From an uncultured Desulfobacter sp. (GTDB taxonomy: Bacteria > Desulfobacterota > Desulfobacteria > Desulfobacterales > Desulfobacteraceae), in the NCBI GenBank assembly GCA_963665095.1, contig OY762069.1, forward strand, positions 5,664,001 to 5,728,000: 64,000 bases of DNA, written 5' to 3'. Shown here in pieces: positions 1 to 8,165 of this stretch (position 1 is the first letter of the stretch; each line of letters opens with the position of its first letter). The notes under the pieces are model-generated. The model did no database searches, was not told the origin of the DNA, and saw only the letters and a list, made by a program, of their open reading frames with translations. The position numbers and the translations under genes were made by a program.

Positions 1-488
1 AAGCCGTCATCACCATGCCCAGCGGGGTGTTCAAACCCTATGCCGGGGTCAGCACCGCCATCCTGGTCTTCACCAAGGTCTATGACAAGGAGGATAAGGT
101 CACGGAACCTGCCACCCAAAACGTCTGGTTCTATGAAATGGAGTCAGACGGCTATTCCCTGGATGACAAACGAAACAAGCTTGATACGTCAGGCGATCTT
201 CAGGATATCGTGGCCAAATTCAGTGCCCGTGATCCTGATAAAGACACGGACCGCAAAAACCCCAAAGGCTTTTTTGTTCCCTACCAGGAGATCAAGGATG
301 AGAAGTATGATCTGTCTCCCAGCCGGTACAAGAAGATGGTGTTTGAAGAAATTGAATATGAAAAACCGTCAGAGATTCTGGACCGGCTGATTGCCAATGA
401 AGTGGGGGAGATGGATGAGAAGGATCTGGCCAAGGTCGAGAAAGGGATTGTGCGGGAGTTATTGGAGTTGAAAGGGATGGTGGGATGA
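1..488 (+). CDS. hsdM: Type I restriction-modification methyltransferase subunit M, C-terminal part (5' end outside window)
   Basis: Frame open from the window edge; 'MPSGVFKPYAGVSTAIL', 'VWFYEM..DGYSLDDKR' and 'YDLS..RY' are typical HsdM C-terminal motifs; stop overlaps hsdS start (ATGA). Confidence 0.9.
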   Translation, partial: AVITMPSGVFKPYAGVSTAILVFTKVYDKEDKVTEPATQNVWFYEMESDGYSLDDKRNKLDTSGDLQDIVAKFSARDPDKDTDRKNPKGFFVPYQEIKDEKYDLSPSRYKKMVFEEIEYEKPSEILDRLIANEVGEMDEKDLAKVEKGIVRELLELKGMVG

Positions 489-2029
489 AGCTTGTTAAAT
501 TGGGAGAACTATTTAATATTTCTTCAGGAGGCACTCCAAGTCGAAAAAATATGGAATACTATGAAGGTGGTACCATCCCATGGGTCAAGACGAGCGACTT
601 GAAAAGCAAAGTTATTTTAGAAACACCTGAAAAAATAACTTCCTTGGGGTTGAAGTATTCTTCTGCAAAATTGTTTCCACCAAAAACAGTTTTGGTTGCA
701 ATGTATGGCGCTACAATCGGGGCTTGCGCAATATTAGATGCACAGGCTTCAACGAATCAAGCCTGTGCAGCATTTTTACCAAATGAAAAAGCTAACGAAG
801 AGTATCTTTATTACTATTTTAAGGCTATTCAAAATCAACTAGTTTGGTTGGGACAGGGAGGTGGCCAACCAAATATTTCTGCAAAAATTTTAAAAGCAGT
901 GAAAATACCTATTCCAGATAAGTTTGGCGACCAAACTAGAATCGCCACCCTACTGTCCAAAGTCGAATCTCTGATTGCCAAACGCAAAAAGAGCATCGCA
1001 GATCTGGATGAGCTGTTGAAAAGCACTTTTGGGGAGATGTTTTCCATAAAAGGTGAAGGATTTAAGAAGTGGGAAATAGATAATCTCTCAAAGCATTCTG
1101 AAATTGTTTCAGGCGTCGCAAAAGGGAAGAAATATAACAAAACAAAATTGATTGAAATTCCATATTTGAGAGTCGCAAACGTCCAAGATGGCTTTTTAAA
1201 TTTAGATGAAGTGAAAACAATTTTTGTTTCTGAACGTGAAATAGAGAAATGTCTGCTTCGGTCTGGTGATGTTTTGCTCACTGAAGGTGGAGATCCAGAT
1301 AAATTAGGAAGGGGCTCTGTGTGGGAGGGACCAATTGATGGTTGTATTCATCAAAATCACATATTCCGGGTTAGAATCAATAATAACAAAGTGTTAAATC
1401 CTAAATATTTAAGCGGGCTTATTGGTTCGGTTTATGGAAAATCTTATTTTCTAAAATCAGCAAAACAAACTACCGGAATAGCATCAATCAATTCGACACA
1501 ATTAAAGAAATTCCCAGTAATTTTACCCCCTATCAATCTCCAAAATAAATTCGCTGACATCGTTGAGAAGGTCGAAAGCCTAAAAGAAAAATACCAGAAA
1601 ATCCTCAACGATTTTGAAAGCCTGTATGGTGCACTGAGCCATAAGGCCTTCAAGGGGGAATTGGATCTGACCCGAATCCCGGTGGTGCATGACCTGGGAG
1701 TAGAGAGTGGATTGGGATTTGAGACAATAGTTGGAGAATTGACCGTCCAAGGGAAATCGGACAAAGCCCCGGAAACCCGGGAACAGGTCCTGCACCGCCT
1801 GTTTAAGGGGTTTATATCCGATGCGAAAAATGGCGCACTGTCCCTGGACGATTTTTGGCTGGAAGCAGAGGAAAAGCTTATTGATGTCATGGATGAAGAT
1901 GAACCGTCCCTGGGCGTGGCCGATTATGACCGGGTCAAGGACTGGCTCTTTGATATGCTGGCCCAGGGCAAGGTTTCCCAGGTGTTCAACGAACAGGAAA
2001 ACCGCATGGAGATTCGGCCTGTCCCATGA
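485..2029 (+). CDS. hsdS: Type I RM specificity subunit S with ~120-aa C-terminal extension
   Basis: Two TRDs ('SGGTPSR..IPWVK', 'YLRVANVQDG..TTGIASIN'), conserved helices 'Q.RIA.LL' and 'PPINLQNKFA', 'AFKGEL' end motif followed by extra sequence. Confidence 0.92.
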   Translation: MKLVKLGELFNISSGGTPSRKNMEYYEGGTIPWVKTSDLKSKVILETPEKITSLGLKYSSAKLFPPKTVLVAMYGATIGACAILDAQASTNQACAAFLPNEKANEEYLYYYFKAIQNQLVWLGQGGGQPNISAKILKAVKIPIPDKFGDQTRIATLLSKVESLIAKRKKSIADLDELLKSTFGEMFSIKGEGFKKWEIDNLSKHSEIVSGVAKGKKYNKTKLIEIPYLRVANVQDGFLNLDEVKTIFVSEREIEKCLLRSGDVLLTEGGDPDKLGRGSVWEGPIDGCIHQNHIFRVRINNNKVLNPKYLSGLIGSVYGKSYFLKSAKQTTGIASINSTQLKKFPVILPPINLQNKFADIVEKVESLKEKYQKILNDFESLYGALSHKAFKGELDLTRIPVVHDLGVESGLGFETIVGELTVQGKSDKAPETREQVLHRLFKGFISDAKNGALSLDDFWLEAEEKLIDVMDEDEPSLGVADYDRVKDWLFDMLAQGKVSQVFNEQENRMEIRPVP

Positions 2030-3753
2030 TCCTTTTACGGTTGAAAATAAACGAGCCGTTCCGCTGCCTGCAACAGGGATTTGAGCTCTATTTTCAAACC
2101 GAATGGGATCGAAGCGAAAGCCGGGGAGACTTTGCCCCGTATGTGCTTGCCGGGCCCAACGGCAGCGGGAAATCCAATGTGCTTGAAGCCCTGGCCGCCA
2201 TTTTTTACCATTTGGCGTGCCAGTATCTGGCCATCCGGCCCCAAGGGTTTGATTATGACGAAGAGGAGAATCCCCAGGGGTTCCGGGACGAGAAAGCCGT
2301 GCCCGATGCCTTTGAACTGGAGTATCTGACCTTCCCGCCGGTGAGTCCGGAATACGGGGATCAAAAGGTGCTGGTCCATATCAAAATCGTCAAGGTGCCC
2401 GGCAGCAGCGCCAGGATGTACCTGCTCAATCATCCGGATGTGGATGCGGACAAGCCCCTTCCAAGAACCGAGGCCGCCGAAATGCTGCCGGAATATGTCC
2501 TGGCCTATTCATCCGGAGAAAATGAGATTTTAAGCCTCCCGTTTTTTAAGATGCGGTTCATCAATTATGATGCTTACCTTTATCATCTTGTCCGGCAGTC
2601 GGATTATCCCGGCATTGAAGGCCGTATGGCCTTTCTGGATACCCAGATGAGCCAGGCCGTCCTGATCTGCAATTTTCTGTTCCAGGATAAAGAGGCCCTG
2701 GCCCCATTCCAGCTGGATGTGGGCGTGGAAGGTTTGAAACAATTTCGGATCATCATCCGGCAGCACCATCGTGTGGCATATGATTATGAGGCGATAAAAG
2801 ATTTCAAGGGGTCAATATCTGAGTTTCGGTCCGATGCCATGGTCGAATTAACAACCGGGTTGAAAAAAATATCTCATCTCAAAGACGGATCAATCCGGAA
2901 AATCGGCATCATTGACCGGTTGACCCACTGCGCGACCTGTTCATTTTACGATGATGAAACCGATTCCCTGATTCTGGATTACTGGGTGACGCCGGAAACC
3001 AGAACGGCATTTAAAAATCATTTTTCCGGTATACTAGATCTGTTCCAAAGCTTCCAGGCCCTGATCTTTTTGAACCTGTATTCGGTCAGCGATGCGCTGA
3101 AAAAAGATCTGTACAGATCCCAGAGTCTTTATTTGAATGAGACGGTACCGGTGCTGCCGTTGGATGAGCGGATCATCCGATTTGAAGATCTGGTCCTGTT
3201 CAAACAAGGGGTGACTGATCCTGTTTATGCCAAATCTCTTTCTGACGGGGAACATCAATTTCTGCATACCCTGGGGCTATGCCTGCTGTTCAAAGATAAA
3301 AATGCGCTGTTTCTGCTGGACGAGCCGGAAACCCATTTCAATCCGGACTGGCGGTCAAAGTTGATTTCACGGATCAGGGATTGTTTTGCCTTGTCCCGTC
3401 CAAAGACCATCCGGGAGATGCTGATTACCACCCATACCCCGTTTCTGATATCAGACAGTGAGCCTGAGAAAGTGATGGTGTTTAAAAAAGAGAACCAGGC
3501 CGTCACGGTTAAAAGACCCGATTACAATACACTGGGTGCTTCCATCAACAAAATCACCATGAAAACCTTTGATAAAAAAGAGACCATCGGCGGTTATGCC
3601 CAGAAGATTTTGAATGAGTTGAAGGAACGATTTAAAACCGGAGAAGACAAAGAAACGCTTCTTGAAGAGGTCAACCAACTGTTAGGGGATTCCATCGAGA
3701 AGGTTCTTTTTACCAAAACCCTGCTTGACAGTATGGAAAAGGATAAACGCTGA
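2026..3753 (+). CDS. Restriction-system-associated ABC/AAA-type ATPase (PtuA-like)
   Basis: Walker A GPNGSGKS, signature LSDGEHQ, Walker B LLDEPETH, H-loop ITTH; ATGA overlap with hsdS. Confidence 0.85.
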   Translation: MILLRLKINEPFRCLQQGFELYFQTEWDRSESRGDFAPYVLAGPNGSGKSNVLEALAAIFYHLACQYLAIRPQGFDYDEEENPQGFRDEKAVPDAFELEYLTFPPVSPEYGDQKVLVHIKIVKVPGSSARMYLLNHPDVDADKPLPRTEAAEMLPEYVLAYSSGENEILSLPFFKMRFINYDAYLYHLVRQSDYPGIEGRMAFLDTQMSQAVLICNFLFQDKEALAPFQLDVGVEGLKQFRIIIRQHHRVAYDYEAIKDFKGSISEFRSDAMVELTTGLKKISHLKDGSIRKIGIIDRLTHCATCSFYDDETDSLILDYWVTPETRTAFKNHFSGILDLFQSFQALIFLNLYSVSDALKKDLYRSQSLYLNETVPVLPLDERIIRFEDLVLFKQGVTDPVYAKSLSDGEHQFLHTLGLCLLFKDKNALFLLDEPETHFNPDWRSKLISRIRDCFALSRPKTIREMLITTHTPFLISDSEPEKVMVFKKENQAVTVKRPDYNTLGASINKITMKTFDKKETIGGYAQKILNELKERFKTGEDKETLLEEVNQLLGDSIEKVLFTKTLLDSMEKDKR

Positions 3754-4916
3754 TGCTGTTTCCGTACGTCTATGTCCCGCACCCCATGGAAATTCTGAAG
3801 CATTTTTTAGATTTTATTTTTTTTGAAGTCTGGTGCAAGGCGCCTGTGTCCGGCCCCTATAATTTTGACCTGTTTGATGACCTGCCGGAATTAAAAGAGC
3901 TGATGGAAAAATTTCATTATTCCGACACAAACGGGGCGGACTTTTTCAACGGGCATGTGGAGCGTATCTATCAAATTTTTTCAAAGCTTACCAATGCTCA
4001 GATTACGCAACTGGCCTCATGGTATGAGGCGAATAATGAAATTGAAAAAATTTGTTGTAATGATCCGTCTGTTTCAACGGTCCGGTACAGCGAACTGGAA
4101 GAGTTCCACCCCGAACTTGCAGGGCAGATCTCCGGATTTTTTAAAGGGCTTTACTCTCAAAAATTAATAGGTCTGGCTGCTGTAAGAGATAAGATTGGAA
4201 GCATAGATGATCACTACCACGCCTTTATGACCAAAAATAAAAAGGGTAAATGCCCCTTTTGCGGCATTCGTGGTGTTAAAGGCGTTTATCACAGCAAAAG
4301 AGAGGCATATGATCATTACCTGCCCAAAGGCATCTACCCGTTTAATTCGCTCAATTTTAAAAATTTGGCACCGGCATGCAATGAATGCAACAGTTCTTAT
4401 AAACTCACTAAAGATCCGGTAAATAACCCGAAAGATCCTTTGTTAACCCAAGCAAATGGCAATCGGAAAGCATTTTATCCCTACGCGGCCAATTCCCATA
4501 AAATTGAACTGAGCCTGAAATTGAAATGCGAGGATTTGAATAACATAACTCCCCAGGATATCGAAATAACCTTTGGGCCGGAGCAATTGCGGGAACAGAT
4601 CAATACCTGGGAGGATGTCTATGGAATCAAGGAACGATATAAAGCCCAATGCTGTGCAGAAAACGACGGCAAATATTGGATAGAGCAAGTCCTTGATGAG
4701 TGGAATGAAGACAACCGAAAACCAGATGATTTCTTAAAAATACTCTCCAGAAACACCGAGAAATCCCCATACGCCGAAGCAAATTTTTTAAAAGAACCCT
4801 TTCTGAGGGCTTGCAACGAGGCTGGATTGTTTGAACAAACAATAATTCAATCAGTTGAAAAACCAACTTATTCAAATCTGCTTCCAGAAGAATTCTCAAT
4901 TTCCCCAGGGGGGTGA
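3753..4916 (+). CDS. HNH endonuclease (PtuB-like) with long N-terminal domain
   Basis: CPFC...DHYLPK..YP....NL.PAC.ECN motif; TGATG overlap with the ATPase gene. Confidence 0.8.
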   Translation: MLFPYVYVPHPMEILKHFLDFIFFEVWCKAPVSGPYNFDLFDDLPELKELMEKFHYSDTNGADFFNGHVERIYQIFSKLTNAQITQLASWYEANNEIEKICCNDPSVSTVRYSELEEFHPELAGQISGFFKGLYSQKLIGLAAVRDKIGSIDDHYHAFMTKNKKGKCPFCGIRGVKGVYHSKREAYDHYLPKGIYPFNSLNFKNLAPACNECNSSYKLTKDPVNNPKDPLLTQANGNRKAFYPYAANSHKIELSLKLKCEDLNNITPQDIEITFGPEQLREQINTWEDVYGIKERYKAQCCAENDGKYWIEQVLDEWNEDNRKPDDFLKILSRNTEKSPYAEANFLKEPFLRACNEAGLFEQTIIQSVEKPTYSNLLPEEFSISPGG

Positions 4917-5230
4917 TTTACCCAAACCCGACAGTCACCGACAAAAAACGATGGCTGCCGGGTAGATGTTAGGCCTTGTCTCTTTATTTGTATGGAATCT
5001 CAAAACAATTTTTTAGTCCAACTTTTGCGTTGGATGGAAGTTTTTATCCTCGGAATATTCTGTATATGCCTGCGGTTAAAATTTCCATCCGTCTTGAATT
5101 TGAACCAAATTCTTTATTTTTAAATAGCTTCTATAAACATTCCAAAAACTCTTTTGCCCCAAGTGAAAGCGAACGCTTTTCTTCGATTCTGTGCGTTGCA
5201 AAAAATTAGCGCCGAATGTTCTGACTTACG

Positions 5231-5566
5231 GTGTCGGGGGGGGATACCAATATTGCCAAGGTAATTACGCCGTATCAGCTTTTTACGGCTGACGGATATT
5301 CCCAGGAGTATATCCGGGGTAAAATCGCACAGAATGGCTCAACTGAAAATCTTGATATTGTATCTAATACCCAAATTCCCCATAACTATGAGACTGCTGA
5401 TATAATTACCGGTGACACCGGGTGGGTGTGGGCTCAGTGGACGGAAGTCAGCAATCCTGTTCCGGAGCCTGCCACAATAATCCTTTTGGGTGTTGGCCTG
5501 CTGGGGGCCGCAGGTTTTTCCAGAAAAGAGACAAACCGTGTGTATGAAAATGAACAGGCGATGTAA
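5231..5566 (+). pseudogene. 3' remnant of a PEP-CTERM sorting-domain protein
   Basis: Ends 'NPVPEPATIILLGVGLLGAAGFSRK'; no signal peptide or RBS, and stops lie just upstream. Confidence 0.65.
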
Positions 5567-5633
5567 CTGGACACTTTTAATTTTTCTGATGGTCCCATGC
5601 CATTGATGTAACTTTCACCCGGCAGCGACCGAC

Positions 5634-6566
5634 TCAAAGTCGATAACTGCCGGGCTGAATGTTAAGCGCAATCTCTTTATTTGTTGGGAACTTTATATAC
5701 TTTGCCCCAGTAGGGGCGTTGTTCTGATCATCCACAGCTGTGATATAGACAAATTTTTCATCGGGAGAAAATGTCAGATTCGGGGCTGCCGGGGAGGGGA
5801 CATCCAGGGTTCTGATCAGTTTTTTGTCCGGGGAGACCACAAGAATCCTGCCCTTGCTGTACTGGCCGATGTAAAGATTGCCCTTGCTGTCAACTTTGAT
5901 GCCGTCGGGATAGGCAAAGGGGCCTGAATCCGGATCAACCTGGCCCACCCGAACGAATAGCCGTCTGTCTGATAAGACGCCATCTTTACCCACTGCAAAC
6001 TGAATCACACGACCGGCCTCGGATTCGGCAAGGTAAAGTGTTTTGCCGTCACTGGAAAGGGCCACGCCATTGGCATAGTGAAGATCATCCGCCACCATCC
6101 GGATGCTGGCTTTTGAATTCATGTAGTAAAGCTTTCCCACGATGGGATCACTCTCCCAGGGGCCGGAAGCCGTAAAATAAACACCGCCTTTTTTGTCCAT
6201 GGCAAAGTCATTGGGACCCTGGAATGCGCCGCCGGCATCATCTTTTTTGTAAAGGGCGGCTGTTTTTCCTTGGGAAGAAACCCTGGCGATGGCACCGCTG
6301 TCGTAACAGGTGACCAGAAAGTCACCGGAATCAAGCCGGACCACGGCAGATGGCCCGCAGCCGTCCATTTTCCAAAAGGGTTCATTGGTTTTACCGTCCC
6401 AGGTGGTAATGGTCTGGGACCCGTATTCCACATAGAACAGTTTTCCCTGGTGCCATAGCGGGCCTTCGGGAAATCCTGCTTTGGGATTAATCACCTCGGG
6501 GCTTTGGGCCCAGGATCCGGTGGCAAACAATACAGAAGCGAGCAGAGTGCATACAAACGTTTTCAT
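5634..6566 (-). CDS. Secreted SMP-30/gluconolactonase-family beta-propeller (probable frameshift near the 3' end)
   Basis: Signal peptide MKTFVCTLL..SWA, motifs FPEGP, GPND, ANG and YPDG; RBS GAGGAG before ATG 6566. Confidence 0.85.
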   Translation of the reverse strand: MKTFVCTLLASVLFATGSWAQSPEVINPKAGFPEGPLWHQGKLFYVEYGSQTITTWDGKTNEPFWKMDGCGPSAVVRLDSGDFLVTCYDSGAIARVSSQGKTAALYKKDDAGGAFQGPNDFAMDKKGGVYFTASGPWESDPIVGKLYYMNSKASIRMVADDLHYANGVALSSDGKTLYLAESEAGRVIQFAVGKDGVLSDRRLFVRVGQVDPDSGPFAYPDGIKVDSKGNLYIGQYSKGRILVVSPDKKLIRTLDVPSPAAPNLTFSPDEKFVYITAVDDQNNAPTGAKYIKFPTNKEIALNIQPGSYRL

Positions 6567-6618
6567 TTTTGATCTCCTCTCATAGGGTCTGCGGGTTAGG
6601 GGCAGGTTAGATCCCATT

Positions 6619-6643
6619 TAAAAGCCCGGGCTTTCGGCCCGGG
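6619..6643 (-). terminator. Intrinsic terminator after mttB
   Basis: Minus strand CCCGGGC-CGAAA-GCCCGGG followed by CTTTT. Confidence 0.6.
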
Positions 6644-6656
6644 GCGTTGCCTTGAT

Positions 6657-8138
6657 TTATAAGATCACCTGGTTTTTCTTCAGTCTGTAGTTTTGCTGTT
6701 CCTTTTGTTCAGTGATGTAATCGCTCAGTGCTTTTTCAATGGCCGGATCTATATCTGGTTTTTCATACTGGTCCAGCCGCTGTTTTAAAATTTTCGATGT
6801 TGCCTGGGCAGCGGACAGTGCACCCTGGGCATGCCACTTTGAATAGTCCTTTCTGTTAAACAGGCTGGTCTGGGATAAAATTCTGAATTGTTCAAATGTC
6901 TTGGGGTGACAAAGATACTGGCCTCCGATGCCGATCTCGGTAATGGTCTCTAAATCAAGGGCTGTATCACTGACATCTATGGGCTGCATCAGCTGCTTAA
7001 GCGTTGTACACACCTGCTCGTCAATGATCCATTTTTCAAAACTCACAGCGATATAGGAACCTATCTGACCACAGGCGTGGTAGATAAAATCCGCACCGTT
7101 TCTCATGACCGTGTTCAGCATCAGGACAGACTCGGCCATGGCCTGGGCATCAGGGATATGGGCATCTGTCAGACCGCCGCCCGTACGGCAGGGCAGATTA
7201 TAAAAATGAGCCAGCTGGATGGCGGCACTGGCAATTTTGACGGTTTCCACGGCGCCTACGGCCCCCACCATGGTTTTCATGTCCAAAGGAGCGGACGTGG
7301 TGCCGTAGATAACAGGGGCACCAGGACTCACAAGCTGGGTTAAAACAACGCCTGCCAGGATTTCAGCATTGGCAAGGGCCAGCAAAGAGGCAAGGGAAAC
7401 AGGTCCGGTACCCCCTGCCAGGATCATATTGGTAATAACGATTGGCTGGTTGTAAGCGGCCATCTCCACAAGGGCCTGGGTTTGTTCCCGGGAATACCGC
7501 AGAGGTGACAGGACATTGACGATTGAGGCCATCACCGGAATGGTTTTAAGTTTTTCTTTTCCGCCAAACAGGATACCTGCCATCTCCAGGGTATCTCTGG
7601 CCATGGGGCCGGAACCGGTGGCTCCGAGCATGGGCTTATCGCACAGGGTCATGTAGTTGAACATCATGTCCAGATGGGCGGTTTCCGCATCCACATCTCC
7701 GGGATGCACCATGAGATATCCGCCCATGTCCAGCAGATCAGAGGTCTGAATCAGCTTGCAGGCCTTTTGAAAATCCGCCAGGGTTCCCCGGCGCTGGGTT
7801 CCGTCCATCTGAGCCACATTGGGTACGCCGCCGGTGGGCATGAGCACTGGCATGTTACCCCTGACATGAACGTTGTATTCAGGGTTCCTTGCGTAAATGG
7901 TAAAATCGGGAATTGTCGTAGATAAGGCTTTCTCAACTTGACTCTCAGAGAAGAAGATAACATTCTCTCGGGTTTTAAAACCGTTCTGATGAAACAGCTC
8001 TGTTACAGACGCATCGTTAAAGTTGATCCCTGTGGTTTCCAGAATTTCCACAGAGGCGTTGTGAATCAGCGACAAATCGCTGGATGATAAAAAAGGCATC
8101 CGCTCTTCCGGGCTGCCGGGGTGAAATGTTGTGTTCAT
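6657..8138 (-). CDS. mttB: Trimethylamine methyltransferase (MttB) family, non-pyrrolysine
   Basis: 'IHNASVEILETTG', 'SPLRY', 'GGTGPVSLA', 'PDAQA..ES', 'GIGGQYL..PKT'; no in-frame amber codon. Confidence 0.88.
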   Translation of the reverse strand: MNTTFHPGSPEERMPFLSSSDLSLIHNASVEILETTGINFNDASVTELFHQNGFKTRENVIFFSESQVEKALSTTIPDFTIYARNPEYNVHVRGNMPVLMPTGGVPNVAQMDGTQRRGTLADFQKACKLIQTSDLLDMGGYLMVHPGDVDAETAHLDMMFNYMTLCDKPMLGATGSGPMARDTLEMAGILFGGKEKLKTIPVMASIVNVLSPLRYSREQTQALVEMAAYNQPIVITNMILAGGTGPVSLASLLALANAEILAGVVLTQLVSPGAPVIYGTTSAPLDMKTMVGAVGAVETVKIASAAIQLAHFYNLPCRTGGGLTDAHIPDAQAMAESVLMLNTVMRNGADFIYHACGQIGSYIAVSFEKWIIDEQVCTTLKQLMQPIDVSDTALDLETITEIGIGGQYLCHPKTFEQFRILSQTSLFNRKDYSKWHAQGALSAAQATSKILKQRLDQYEKPDIDPAIEKALSDYITEQKEQQNYRLKKNQVIL

Positions 8139-8165
8139 AGTTTTTCATCACACCAACAAAAAGGG

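Noticed and set aside
2026..4916. Retron system
   Set aside because: No reverse transcriptase or msr/msd-like region is adjacent within the window
4976..5209. 77-aa ORF after the HNH gene
   Set aside because: TTG start, no RBS, no recognisable motif, AT-rich
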